Assembly (NCBI GenBank): GCA_017686895.1
Contig: GCA_017686895.1_4521.1
Length of the DNA: 64,000 nt
Origin: a phage
Reading direction: 5' to 3' (one strand)
Both the position numbers and the translations under genes were made by a program. This document shows positions 8,892-18,024 of this stretch, one piece after another (within the stretch, counting starts at the first letter, position 1; each line of letters opens with the position of its first letter). The notes under the pieces are model-generated. The model ran no database searches. It had not been told where the DNA came from and was given only the letters and a program-made list of their open reading frames with translations.

Positions 8892-9578
8892 ATGAATAGT
8901 TCTAAAGTGTTTAATAGTCAAGCTCGTGCAGTAGGTGGTTTTGCTCATAACGTACAAAATGACCAAATCAAAAATGAACCAATGTTCTTTAACTGTGATT
9001 TGAGTTTTGCTTGGGATAACGGCGGTCCTATTACTCGTAGCTTTATTGCCAATCTCCCAATTGATTGGACTAATCAACATGTTGTATTTGATTCTCGGGT
9101 TCATATGCTGATGCCTGGTTGGTATCCTGCTATTCCTGGATATCACCATGACGATGTTCCTCGCCCTGATATTCCAGTCGGCCAACACTTTATTACTGCA
9201 GGACAACCTGACTATGATAACCCTCGTTACCATTCTGAACATATTCTTGGTCTTGTTAACGCTGACGTGTGTCCTACTCATTTTGCAACAGGAACTGCAG
9301 AGTTCAGTCAGATTCCTGATGGCGAACTTATCTATCGCCAATGGCACAAAGAAGTCCTCGAAAAAATTGAAAAAGGTGAACTAGAGAAATGGGAAGCTCC
9401 AGACCGTACTCTTCTTCAGTTTGATTGGCAAACATGGCACACTGGTTCTCGTGCAATTAGTAATGGATGGCGTTGGTTCGGACGTGTATCTCGTAATACA
9501 GACCGAGTTAAAAAGATTACCAATGAAATTCGTGTCAATGCCCAAGTTTATCTGGAATTCCCTATGGAAGGCTGGTAA
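8892..9578 (+). CDS. putative Fe(II)/2-oxoglutarate-dependent oxygenase-like protein
   Basis: Candidate HxD (GYHHDD), distal His (WHTG) and RxS (RVS) in the spacing typical of the 2OG oxygenase fold; motif-level only. Confidence 0.4.
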   Translation: MNSSKVFNSQARAVGGFAHNVQNDQIKNEPMFFNCDLSFAWDNGGPITRSFIANLPIDWTNQHVVFDSRVHMLMPGWYPAIPGYHHDDVPRPDIPVGQHFITAGQPDYDNPRYHSEHILGLVNADVCPTHFATGTAEFSQIPDGELIYRQWHKEVLEKIEKGELEKWEAPDRTLLQFDWQTWHTGSRAISNGWRWFGRVSRNTDRVKKITNEIRVNAQVYLEFPMEGW

Positions 9579-10069
9579 TGATTAACAAAATATATTGGTC
9601 TAATATTGACGACGGCAATGAAGGTATTTCATACTATTCAGTAGATTGGACAGGATGTCCATCCTACTTAGTGAAACGTATTTGTCAAGAATTTAAAATC
9701 GACCAGCCAGCAGGTATTATCGTGAACAGATACATTAATGGATATCAACCTATCGATGAAGTAATACGAACAACTCAAGCTGATCTTGAAAAGTTTTTCA
9801 ATAAGTGTCAATGGATAACAGGATGGATTATATTTGTACCGTCGGTATGGTTTTTTAGTACTAAAGTAAGTGCCTTTGCCATACCAGATATTATCGCTAT
9901 CTTATTAGCATCTACTATCGTAAGTATTATTGGTGGTATTATTGGTGGAGGTACTATAGGCATCATTATTAATCTTGTTAAAAGTAGTTTACAGGAACGT
10001 AAAGACAAGATAAAGGCCAAGAATAATGAAGTTGAACGTTTTATTACCGAATGCAGGAATTTGAGATGA
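9578..10069 (+). CDS. membrane protein with ERFITECRNLR tail
   Basis: TAATG overlap start; Gly/Ile-rich TM segments; conserved tail. Confidence 0.5.
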   Translation: MINKIYWSNIDDGNEGISYYSVDWTGCPSYLVKRICQEFKIDQPAGIIVNRYINGYQPIDEVIRTTQADLEKFFNKCQWITGWIIFVPSVWFFSTKVSAFAIPDIIAILLASTIVSIIGGIIGGGTIGIIINLVKSSLQERKDKIKAKNNEVERFITECRNLR

Positions 10070-10302
10070 GTATAGCAATTTACATTAAATCAGAATCATG
10101 TGATAGTTATCTGTACACATATGATAAAGATGTGTCAGAAGAAAAAATCAAAGACGATCTTAATATGGACCTTGATTTGTTCAGTCCTATTGCAGATTAC
10201 AAACTTGCTGTCTCTAATAGTGAAAGTCCATCTAAAGAAACGCGTATTGAAGAATTTATGTCCGAATTAATGGCCAAATCATGGGACCGAGATGATGAGT
10301 AA
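10066..10302 (+). CDS. hypothetical acidic protein
   Basis: ATG 10066 overlapping upstream stop (ATGA). Confidence 0.45.
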   Translation: MSIAIYIKSESCDSYLYTYDKDVSEEKIKDDLNMDLDLFSPIADYKLAVSNSESPSKETRIEEFMSELMAKSWDRDDE

Positions 10303-10750
10303 GAAAAATAAAGTGAAAGAACTATCAGCCGGTATTATCTTCATGACAAAAGATAAAGAATTATTCATGGGTCGTGTAACTGGTTCTCGTCCTAAAGGTG
10401 CATTAGCTCATCGGTGGGATATTCCTAAAGGCCGTGTCGAACCTGGCGAATCTCCTATCGAAGCCGCTATTCGTGAATGCGAAGAAGAAACTGGGTTTAC
10501 ACAATATGACCCTGCCTTCCTGAAAGACCTAGGTGAACATCATTACTCAGACAATAAGAATATTCATCTGTTCCTATATACCATCCCTGTAGAGCACGAG
10601 CAATTCAGAAACAGTGTTTGTAATTCATATCATACATTCCCGGACGGACGACAGATTCCTGAATTTGATGCATTCGCTCTAATTAAACCTTCTCAATGGG
10701 AATATGTAATGGGCAAATCGTTATATAAGGTGCTCACTACCCTCCTATAA
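10292..10750 (+). CDS. nudE: Nudix hydrolase
   Basis: Nudix box GRVEPGESPIEAAIRECEEETGF; sits immediately upstream of lysozyme e. Confidence 0.85.
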   Translation: MMSKKNKVKELSAGIIFMTKDKELFMGRVTGSRPKGALAHRWDIPKGRVEPGESPIEAAIRECEEETGFTQYDPAFLKDLGEHHYSDNKNIHLFLYTIPVEHEQFRNSVCNSYHTFPDGRQIPEFDAFALIKPSQWEYVMGKSLYKVLTTLL

Positions 10751-10784
10751 GTAATAAATACCTCCTATAAACGTGGGAGGTATT

Positions 10785-11273
10785 ATGAATATATTTGAAA
10801 TGCTTCGTAATGACGAAGGTCTTAGACTGACTTTATACAAAGACACTGAAGGCTTTTGGACGATTGGTATAGGCCATTTAGTAACAAAGAACCCGTCTTT
10901 AGCCGTAGCTAAAGCTGAACTTGACAGAATGATCGGTCGTAAATGCAACGGTACAATTACCCTTGATGAGGCTGAAAAGCTATTTAATGAAGACGTTGAT
11001 AAAGCCGTTCGCGGAATCTTGGGTAATGCTAAACTTAAACCGGTATATGATTCTTTAGATGCGGTTCGTCGATGTGCATTGGTCAATATGGTCTTCCAAA
11101 TGGGTGTAGCAGGCGTTGCTGGTTTTACTAATTCTCTTCGTATGCTTCAACAGAAACGTTGGGATGAAGCGGCAGTAAATCTAGCTCAATCTAAATGGTA
11201 TCGTCAGACACCTAATCGCGCGAAACGCGTAATCTCAACATTTAAAACAGGAACTTGGAAAGCGTATATATGA
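10785..11273 (+). CDS. e: lysozyme (endolysin)
   Basis: [31 protein letters not shown]... nearly colinear with T4 lysozyme as I recall it; start at ATG 10785 after GGGAGG RBS. Confidence 0.95.
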   Translation: MNIFEMLRNDEGLRLTLYKDTEGFWTIGIGHLVTKNPSLAVAKAELDRMIGRKCNGTITLDEAEKLFNEDVDKAVRGILGNAKLKPVYDSLDAVRRCALVNMVFQMGVAGVAGFTNSLRMLQQKRWDEAAVNLAQSKWYRQTPNRAKRVISTFKTGTWKAYI

Positions 11274-11551
11274 AAACATATAGTGAATTTTTATCAGAAT
11301 CTATTCTTAACGAAGCTACTGACACATTTGCAACTAAGCTAGGTGCAGCTTTGGTTGAAGCTGAAAGTCTATTAGCACGTATTTCTGAACTTGCTAGTAA
11401 GATAGATATTCGCAAATTTGAACGTACCAGCGATATCGCTAAGCTTGAAGCCTTGTTGCGTATGTGCGATAAACCAGAGGAAATCGCTAAGAACGGCTCG
11501 CTGATGAAACAACGTCTTGAAAAATATATTTCAGGCGCTTCAGAAAAATAG
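11270..11551 (+). CDS. internal head protein (IP-like) with capsid-targeting leader
   Basis: Starts [10 protein letters not shown]; ATG overlaps lysozyme stop. Confidence 0.6.
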   Translation: MKTYSEFLSESILNEATDTFATKLGAALVEAESLLARISELASKIDIRKFERTSDIAKLEALLRMCDKPEEIAKNGSLMKQRLEKYISGASEK

Positions 11552-11609
11552 TGTTTACTTCCTCCAAGGGTTTTGATACTATACATTCATCAACTACTTG
11601 GAGGAAATT

Positions 11610-12023
11610 ATGACTCGTATCAATTTAACACTTGTTTCTGAACTGTCCGACCAACATCTTATGGCTGAGTATCGTGAATTACCACGCGTATTTGGTGCAG
11701 TCCGTAAACATGTTCAAAACGGTAAACGTGTAAAGGATTTTAAAATCTCTCCAACATTTATCTTAGGCACAGGTCACGTAACATTCTTTTACGACAAACT
11801 CGAATTTTTACGTTTACGTCAAATCGAGCTAATCGCTGAATGTTTGAAACGTGGTTTCAAAATCAAGGACACGACAGTCCAGGATATTTCCGACATCCCT
11901 GCCGAATTTCGTAATAATTATGTCCCGTCCGAAGCGTCCATTGCGATAAGTCAAGCACGCTTAGATGAAAAAATTGCTCAACGTCCGACTTGGTACAAAT
12001 ACTATGGTAAATCAATTTACTAA
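11610..12023 (+). CDS. denV: endonuclease V (pyrimidine-dimer DNA glycosylase)
   Basis: [34 protein letters not shown]... matches T4 EndoV along its length. Confidence 0.95.
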   Translation: MTRINLTLVSELSDQHLMAEYRELPRVFGAVRKHVQNGKRVKDFKISPTFILGTGHVTFFYDKLEFLRLRQIELIAECLKRGFKIKDTTVQDISDIPAEFRNNYVPSEASIAISQARLDEKIAQRPTWYKYYGKSIY

Positions 12024-12030
12024 GGAAAAA

Positions 12031-12360
12031 ATGAAAACATATCAAGAGTTTATCACTGAAGTTACATTATCTGCGGAACAGAAAGCTGCTATCGAAGAAA
12101 GTAAAAATCCCAAAGTAACATATAAAGTAAATAGTAAAGGCGTTTTTGATGGCTTGGTTCAAGACCCTGAATTGAAAAAAGCTCTTTCTAAAACTAATGC
12201 GTACTTTGCTCCTAAATTTAACACAGCAGGTGTACTTATTGGATTGGATGTATTCAACTCTAAAGGTGTTCTATCTAATGCCTTTGGCTATGCCGCTAAC
12301 AAAATTACCAAAGCCGCATGGGAATCCAATACCAAACAAGCTCAAAAGCCTAGAGTATAA
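12031..12360 (+). CDS. internal head protein (IP-like) with capsid-targeting leader
   Basis: Starts MKTYQEFITE, the same leader as T4 IPII/IPIII. Confidence 0.6.
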   Translation: MKTYQEFITEVTLSAEQKAAIEESKNPKVTYKVNSKGVFDGLVQDPELKKALSKTNAYFAPKFNTAGVLIGLDVFNSKGVLSNAFGYAANKITKAAWESNTKQAQKPRV

Positions 12361-12532
12361 TTCTTGTCTAATAAAGGGAAACGCAACCTCTCCTTATGAA
12401 CGTCGAGTCCTCTGAGTGATGTACCTTTTCCAACCTGTAATAAGGTCGAGCGCAATGCGGTAATGGGTTTACATAGCGAGTCGAAGGACCTAACATGTGC
12501 CACGGAATGGCCCAAACCTTAAGAGAAATAAT

Positions 12533-13072
12533 ATGAGAACATTTTTAACTGGACCTTATCTATCCCTGATGAATGCTTTTACACACCATTCTGATGCTAG
12601 AGTAGAAGAAATTTGTAAGAACGGTTATATCCCACCATTTGAAGACGTACTCAAGCAGTACTGTACACTTCGTTTAGACGGCGGCAGACAATCAGGTAAA
12701 TCAATTGCTGTGACTAACTTTGCTGCTAATTGGCTGTATGATGGTGGAACAGTTATTGTTCTTTCTAATACTTCAGCTTATGCTAAAATTTCTGCTGGTA
12801 ACATTGAAAAAGAATTTTCTCGTTATTCTAGCGATGATATTCGATTCCGTTTGTTTACTGATTCTGTTCGTAGTTTTATTGGCAATGAAGGTTATAAATT
12901 CCGTGGATTAACGCTTTCTCGTATTCTGTATATAATTGACGAGCCTATTAAAGCTCCTGATATGGATAAGATTTACGACATCCATATTAAAACAGTCCAA
13001 CACTGTTGCAAAAGCAAATATTGCATCGGCGGTAATGCTCGTCCTCAATTTTTTGTGATTGGAATGCAATGA
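12533..13072 (+). CDS. hypothetical P-loop protein
   Basis: Walker A-like DGGRQSGKS; start at ATG 12533 after AGAGAAATAAT. Confidence 0.45.
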   Translation: MRTFLTGPYLSLMNAFTHHSDARVEEICKNGYIPPFEDVLKQYCTLRLDGGRQSGKSIAVTNFAANWLYDGGTVIVLSNTSAYAKISAGNIEKEFSRYSSDDIRFRLFTDSVRSFIGNEGYKFRGLTLSRILYIIDEPIKAPDMDKIYDIHIKTVQHCCKSKYCIGGNARPQFFVIGMQ

Positions 13073-13377
13073 TGACCGATATTGAAGTTTTTGAGTATTG
13101 TTATAACAGCCCAGTATGCAATAAAAGGGCCCTTGTAGAAAATTACGAGATTTACCATTTTAAACCTAAACGATATCGTTTGACTAAAGGTCCGTTCGCA
13201 GGGCAGCAAGTTCTTTGTACTGCTCCTAATGCACGGTTGATGACTAGTATTCCGCATTTCAAAATGGAATTTATTGATGGGCCATTTAAGGGATTAATCA
13301 CTCAAAGTTTAATGGCGTTTAATTCCGACCCATTTTTGATTAAAGAACAATCCTGGATAAATTTATTTTCTAATTGA
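13069..13377 (+). CDS. hypothetical protein
   Basis: 102-aa ORF overlapping upstream stop. Confidence 0.45.
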   Translation: MMTDIEVFEYCYNSPVCNKRALVENYEIYHFKPKRYRLTKGPFAGQQVLCTAPNARLMTSIPHFKMEFIDGPFKGLITQSLMAFNSDPFLIKEQSWINLFSN

Positions 13378-13383
13378 GGTTAT

Positions 13384-13746
13384 ATGAAAGCATATCAAAT
13401 TCTTGAAGGCACACACAAAGGCACTATTTATTTTGAAGACGGTACTCAAGCCCGGATTATTGTCTCTAAGACTTTTAAAGAAGACGCTATTGTAGACCCG
13501 GAAATTTTCTACGGTTTGAATGCCCGTGAAATTGAAATTGAACATCAACCTAAAGTTAAAATTGAAGGTGGTCAACACCTGAACGTTAATGTTCTGCGTC
13601 GTGAAACTCTGGAAGATGCAGTTAAGCATCCAGAAAAATATCCGCAGTTGACCATCCGTGTATCCGGTTATGCAGTTCGCTTTAACTCTCTGACTCCGGA
13701 ACAACAGCGCGACGTTATCGCTCGTACCTTTACTGAGAGTCTATAA
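13384..13746 (+). CDS. grcA: autonomous glycyl-radical cofactor (GrcA/YfiD-like)
   Basis: C-terminal ~60 aa ([60 protein letters not shown]) carry the RVSGY glycyl-radical motif and look near-identical to E. coli GrcA as I recall it. Confidence 0.85.
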   Translation: MKAYQILEGTHKGTIYFEDGTQARIIVSKTFKEDAIVDPEIFYGLNAREIEIEHQPKVKIEGGQHLNVNVLRRETLEDAVKHPEKYPQLTIRVSGYAVRFNSLTPEQQRDVIARTFTESL

Positions 13747-13970
13747 TGGCTAAATTGATTATAGAAGGGTCTGAAGATGTTTTAAAATGTTTTGCCGCCT
13801 GGTTTAGTTGCTCAGGCGAGCAATCATTCATTGAAGCATTTAGAATGGGTGATATTACTGGAAACTATCCGGCAACTGATATCACTGTACGTGGATATGG
13901 TATTAATGAGCCTATCCAATTGGTCGAATATGACCTTGCCACCGATGAGGAAATTCCTTATGTCGATTGA
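13746..13970 (+). CDS. hypothetical protein
   Basis: 74-aa ORF, TAATG overlap start. Confidence 0.4.
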   Translation: MAKLIIEGSEDVLKCFAAWFSCSGEQSFIEAFRMGDITGNYPATDITVRGYGINEPIQLVEYDLATDEEIPYVD

Positions 13971-14226
13971 AGATATTAAAGGCTACAAGCCACATACCGA
14001 CGATAAAATCGGTAAAGTGAACGCTATTAAAGATGCAGAAGTCCGTCTTGGATTGTTGTTTGATGCTCTGATTGAAGAAGCATATATCTTGAAAGAAAAT
14101 GAAACAGAGCAACAAACCAAAGAAGATATGGATGCAGTACAGGCTCTTAAGTATGCTAAGCAACATCTAAAAGAAGCCAGCATGTGGGCCTGTCGTGCAG
14201 TATTTCGACCTGAGGAAAAATACTAA
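13960..14226 (+). CDS. hypothetical protein
   Basis: Internal ATG (MSIEDIKGY...) of track ORF 13792..14226, overlapping upstream stop. Confidence 0.4.
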   Translation: MSIEDIKGYKPHTDDKIGKVNAIKDAEVRLGLLFDALIEEAYILKENETEQQTKEDMDAVQALKYAKQHLKEASMWACRAVFRPEEKY

Positions 14227-14525
14227 TGGCTCAAATCCTATCAGGCTTTGGAACTCATTATGAAGCATCTAGACGCATAACTGAAAGCAATCCTTTTGGC
14301 CTTGTTCCGAAGCACAAGAAAATTCAAAGCCTTGATGACTTTGAGAACCGCCTATGGGCCCTCTTTAATGAGTACAAGGCATATCTGAAAGAAGACGCTG
14401 ACGATTGTCTTGAAGAAGATGAGATTGCGTATTACGAACAACGCCTTGAACAGCTCAAGAACTTCCATCAGGTTCGTGACGAAGTATCTAAAGCAGTTAA
14501 AAAGTTAATTCCTTTCAAAGAGTAG
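14226..14525 (+). CDS. hypothetical protein
   Basis: 99-aa acidic ORF, TAATG overlap. Confidence 0.45.
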   Translation: MAQILSGFGTHYEASRRITESNPFGLVPKHKKIQSLDDFENRLWALFNEYKAYLKEDADDCLEEDEIAYYEQRLEQLKNFHQVRDEVSKAVKKLIPFKE

Positions 14526-14553
14526 TTTACTTCTCCTCTAGTTGTGTTACTAT
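14525..14553 (+). promoter_or_regulatory. early promoter inside a 12-bp perfect palindrome (approximate coordinates)
   Basis: GTTTAC, 17 bp, TGTTACTAT; CTCCTCTAGTTG ... CAACTAGAGGAG inverted repeat whose right arm contains the regB RBS GAGGAG. Confidence 0.55.
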
Positions 14554-14581
14554 AGTCTTGTCAACTAGAGGAGAAATCAAA

Positions 14582-15040
14582 ATGACTATCAATTCGGAAG
14601 TTTTTATCCGCCGTAATAAACTCCGTCGAATCTTTGAAACGGAGTTCCGCAAAATAAATGCCGGTATAAAAGATGCTGCAAAGTCTCTTGGACTACCAGG
14701 CTTTCATATCAAGTATTCTCAACATCTCTTAGATCGTGCCATCCAGAGAGAAATAGATGAGAATTACGTTTTTGAATTATTTCGTAAAGTAAAAAATCAT
14801 GTTAAAGAAGTTGCAGAATTTTTATCAATGCCGGCACGTCCAGATGTTGATGAAGATTTTGTCGAAGGTGTCGAATATCGCCCAGGCCGTTTAGAAATAA
14901 CTGATGGAAATCTTTGGTTAGGACTTACAGTCTGTCGCGAAAATCCAGCATTCAAAATGAAGACTCTTCAATGCAGAATGGCTATTATTAACAGTAAACG
15001 ACTACCAGGAAAAGCTTCTAAAGCAGTGATTAAAATCTAG
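14582..15040 (+). CDS. regB: site-specific endoribonuclease RegB
   Basis: MTINSEVFIRRNKLRR...YSQHLLDRAIQREIDENYVFELF... matches T4 RegB along its length as I recall it. Confidence 0.9.
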   Translation: MTINSEVFIRRNKLRRIFETEFRKINAGIKDAAKSLGLPGFHIKYSQHLLDRAIQREIDENYVFELFRKVKNHVKEVAEFLSMPARPDVDEDFVEGVEYRPGRLEITDGNLWLGLTVCRENPAFKMKTLQCRMAIINSKRLPGKASKAVIKI

Positions 15041-15048
15041 AGGTAAAC

Positions 15049-15591
15049 ATGAGAAAAGCACTACTCGCTGGTCTATTTGCTCTTTCGTTATCAGCACATA
15101 GCTCCGAGCATACTTTTAGTAATGTCCAACTCGATAACTTGAATTATGCTTATCAGTTTGGGGAACAGTTTTCTAAGGACGGAAAATTTAAAACGCATGA
15201 AAATATGCATAAGAAAGGACTTGGATACATAATGGCCGCAATACTATGGCAAGAATCATCCGCAGGTATTAATCTTAAAGATAAGAAAGGTCACCATGCG
15301 TATGGAATGTTCCAAAACTATCTACCAACAATGAGGGCAAGAATTAACCAGCTTGGTTATAATATGACTGATGCCCAAATTAAGAAAATGCTATCTAAGC
15401 GGTCTAATTCAGCAAGATGGGCTTATATCGAATTTTCTTATTGGTTAAATATACATAACGGGGATATAAGAAAAGCTATATCCTCATATAATGCGGGGTG
15501 GAAGACAAGTGCTGGAAGTAAATATGCTTCTGAAGTCCTAGAAAAGGCTAATTACCTTAAATCAAATAAACTACTGGAAATAAAAGAATGA
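15049..15591 (+). CDS. secreted lytic transglycosylase-like protein
   Basis: Signal peptide MRKALLAGLFALSLSAHS; SLT-like ILWQESS and AYGMFQ motifs. Confidence 0.5.
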   Translation: MRKALLAGLFALSLSAHSSEHTFSNVQLDNLNYAYQFGEQFSKDGKFKTHENMHKKGLGYIMAAILWQESSAGINLKDKKGHHAYGMFQNYLPTMRARINQLGYNMTDAQIKKMLSKRSNSARWAYIEFSYWLNIHNGDIRKAISSYNAGWKTSAGSKYASEVLEKANYLKSNKLLEIKE

Positions 15592-15935
15592 CCAAAATGT
15601 TAGCTTTAATAGTTGGCTTGGTTTCATTTAACGCTCTTGCTAATACTACATATACTGATGTAACGGAGTATACAAACAGAACGGCGTCTGATTATTGTGG
15701 TAAAAGTCAAGAGTGTAAAGTAGATTTTTCACAAAAATTGTTATACGCGTATAAAGACGGAGAAAAAGATGGGGCGTCTAGTAGGTTCAAGGCGTCTACC
15801 TTAATTAAAAGATACTATAAAAAATGGCAAATATTAGAATGCTCGGTGGCGGAACCTAAAGATAAGGCAGCATGCAATTCTATGGTGGACCGTCTAGTTG
15901 ACTCTTATACTAGAGGACTTGTAGCAAGTGATTAA
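15588..15935 (+). CDS. secreted hypothetical protein
   Basis: Signal peptide MTKMLALIVGLVSFNALA; Cys-containing mature region. Confidence 0.45.
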   Translation: MTKMLALIVGLVSFNALANTTYTDVTEYTNRTASDYCGKSQECKVDFSQKLLYAYKDGEKDGASSRFKASTLIKRYYKKWQILECSVAEPKDKAACNSMVDRLVDSYTRGLVASD

Positions 15936-16395
15936 AAACTATATCAAGGGCGATATTGTCGCCCTGTTTTCTAAAGGTAATAATATTGCTCATGGGTGCA
16001 ATTGTTTTCATACAATGGGCGCCGGTGTAGCAGGTCAATTAGCAAAGGCTTATCCAAAAATTTTAGAAGCCGATAAACTTCAAACCGAATTCGGAGACGA
16101 GTCTAAACTTGGGACTTATTCGGTTTATGAAAAATATTTTAAGACCCATAAAGCTTATTGCTTTAATCTTTATACACAGTTTGAGCCGGGACCTAATTTT
16201 GAGTACTCTGCTTTAATGAATTGTATAATAGAATTAAATGAATTCGGAAAAAATAAGATAACAAAGCCTGTAATTTATATGCCAAGAATTGGTGCAGGTA
16301 TTGGTGGTGGAAACTGGGATGTCATCGAAGAGATTTTAGATACGTATTCCACTAAACTAGAAATTGTGATTGTTGATTGGGAACCATTGTTATGA
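15928..16395 (+). CDS. macro-domain-like protein (ADP-ribose binding/hydrolase family, tentative)
   Basis: HGCNCFHTMGAGVAGQLAKAYP resembles the TARG1/MacroD-type glycine-rich loop; GTG start. Confidence 0.45.
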   Translation: MIKNYIKGDIVALFSKGNNIAHGCNCFHTMGAGVAGQLAKAYPKILEADKLQTEFGDESKLGTYSVYEKYFKTHKAYCFNLYTQFEPGPNFEYSALMNCIIELNEFGKNKITKPVIYMPRIGAGIGGGNWDVIEEILDTYSTKLEIVIVDWEPLL

Positions 16396-16598
16396 GCCAA
16401 ACAAAAATTCTTACAGGTGCTAAATGCGAAAAATGCGAATGGCCTGTAGTATTTGCTCTATGCAATGACGAAATGGCCTGTGATTTTGATTATTGGTGTT
16501 ACTGTTCGAACAAAGGTTGTAGCAATCATAAAGGTGAAGGGTTTTACTCAGGATTTTACCCTTACCCAGATTTCGTTAAAGAAGGTGAACCTAAATGA
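16392..16598 (+). CDS. small Cys-rich (zinc-binding) protein
   Basis: CEKCEW and CYCSNKGC pairs; ATGA overlap. Confidence 0.45.
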   Translation: MSQTKILTGAKCEKCEWPVVFALCNDEMACDFDYWCYCSNKGCSNHKGEGFYSGFYPYPDFVKEGEPK

Positions 16599-16777
16599 AA
16601 TTGACTAAAGAAGAGAAAACTAAACTGTTCGAACTTATCCATGACCTATTGGATGAGCAAGCAGCCACTAATGCGTACGATGAATATGCTCCTTTAACAG
16701 ACGAAGAATATCAAGCATTGATGGAATCATTTGACAGGAAAGAACAAGAACTCATTGACTACGTGAATTCACTATAA
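16595..16777 (+). CDS. hypothetical acidic protein
   Basis: 60-aa ORF, ATGA overlap. Confidence 0.45.
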   Translation: MKLTKEEKTKLFELIHDLLDEQAATNAYDEYAPLTDEEYQALMESFDRKEQELIDYVNSL

Positions 16778-16786
16778 GGGACTCTT

Positions 16787-17368
16787 ATGGCTAGTTTAAT
16801 TTTTACCTATGCCGCTATGAACGCTGGTAAGTCTGCTTCATTACTTACTGCCGCACATAACTATAAAGAACGTGGCATGGGTGTATTAGTTCTTAAACCG
16901 GCTATTGATACTCGCGATTCAAAAGGTGAAATAGTCTCCCGTATTGGTATTCGTCAGGATGCCAATATAATTACAAAAGACATGGATATCTTTGAATTTT
17001 ATAAATGGGCTGCAGCACAAAAGGATATTCACTGTGTATTTGTTGACGAAGCTCAGTTCTTAACTACTGAAAAGGTGTATCAACTTAGTCGTATTGTTGA
17101 CATATACAATGTGCCGGTAATGGCATACGGACTACGAACAGATTTTAAAGGTAATCTATTTGAAGGTTCTCAAGCATTAATGGCTATTGCCGATAAGCTT
17201 GTTGAACTTAAAGGTGTCTGTCATTGTGGTAAAAAGGCCACTATGGTAGCTAGAGTCACGGAAGATGGACTTCCAATTACAGATGGTGGACAAATTGAAA
17301 TTGGTGATACCGATAGATATGTGTCGTTATGCCGGAAGCATTGGAATGATTTGACAGGGTTGTTATAA
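16787..17368 (+). CDS. tk: thymidine kinase
   Basis: MASLIFTYAAMNAGKSASLL P-loop, zinc ribbon CHCGKKA...LCRKH; 193 aa, colinear with T4 Tk. Confidence 0.95.
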   Translation: MASLIFTYAAMNAGKSASLLTAAHNYKERGMGVLVLKPAIDTRDSKGEIVSRIGIRQDANIITKDMDIFEFYKWAAAQKDIHCVFVDEAQFLTTEKVYQLSRIVDIYNVPVMAYGLRTDFKGNLFEGSQALMAIADKLVELKGVCHCGKKATMVARVTEDGLPITDGGQIEIGDTDRYVSLCRKHWNDLTGLL

Positions 17369-17371
17369 ATA
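17364..17371 (+). promoter_or_regulatory. late promoter core TATAAATA
   Basis: Exact T4 late-promoter octamer about 25 bp upstream of the ORF at 17396. Confidence 0.5.
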
Positions 17372-17395
17372 CTAATATCTAACCAAGAGGTATAT

Positions 17396-17608
17396 ATGCA
17401 GCAATTAAACGAAAGACAACTTCGTAATCTTACTGTAACCCAATTGGATGAAATCCGAAGAGAATTAGGACATTCTATTTCTCATTTAAACGAGGATATC
17501 CGTCAAACTGGTTCTAAAGCTGATTATACACGCAAGCGCAAGCTGGAAAAATACCTCGAAGATGTTAAGGCCGTCCAAAGGCGAAAAATAAATACTGGCC
17601 AAAATTAA
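17396..17608 (+). CDS. hypothetical basic protein
   Basis: 70-aa ORF with AAGAGG RBS directly upstream of rI. Confidence 0.5.
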   Translation: MQQLNERQLRNLTVTQLDEIRRELGHSISHLNEDIRQTGSKADYTRKRKLEKYLEDVKAVQRRKINTGQN

Positions 17609-17620
17609 CAGGAGGCCTAT

Positions 17621-17923
17621 ATGGCCTTAAGAGCGATAGCCATTGTGGCGATGCTGGGGTTTTTTGCAGCAACGACTCCTATTGTTGGCACTGCATATGT
17701 TGACCCATACTTTGATAACTTTATGGAATCAGGGATTAAAAACGTATATACTTTGTTCGAAATTCAAAATGTTGAGAATTCTGAAAAATTTTATAAGTAT
17801 ATGGCAAAGCATTACAAAAATAGCCCCTGTGATGATGCATTTGAATGCCAGGAACAAGGCATAAAAACTGCCAGACAATTTGCTGAGTTCATGAAAATAA
17901 AATTAGAGCCTACATCTATCTAA
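17621..17923 (+). CDS. rI: lysis-inhibition regulator rI
   Basis: MALRAIAIVAMLGFFAA... then DPYFDNFMESGIKNVYTLFE...; resembles T4 RI in length and sequence. Confidence 0.9.
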   Translation: MALRAIAIVAMLGFFAATTPIVGTAYVDPYFDNFMESGIKNVYTLFEIQNVENSEKFYKYMAKHYKNSPCDDAFECQEQGIKTARQFAEFMKIKLEPTSI

Positions 17924-17929
17924 TTTACT

Positions 17930-17958
17930 AGCCCCTTCCTTATGGTTGGGGCTTTTTT
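17930..17958 (+). terminator. intrinsic terminator
   Basis: AGCCCCTTCC-TTAT-GGTTGGGGCT then TTTTTT. Confidence 0.6.
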
Positions 17959-17968
17959 GTATCTATCA

Positions 17969-17997
17969 GTTTACTTCTCCGCAGGTTGTGTTATAGT
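17969..17997 (+). promoter_or_regulatory. early promoter (approximate coordinates)
   Basis: GTTTAC, 17 bp, TGTTATAGT. Confidence 0.5.
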
Positions 17998-18024
17998 AGC
18001 CCTTACTTACTAGAGGAGAACGTT

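Noticed and set aside
12361-12532. Structured RNA or intron remnant in the 170-bp gap after the fourth internal-protein gene
   Set aside because: Only short imperfect inverted repeats and a possible GTTTAC promoter were seen; not enough to call an RNA element
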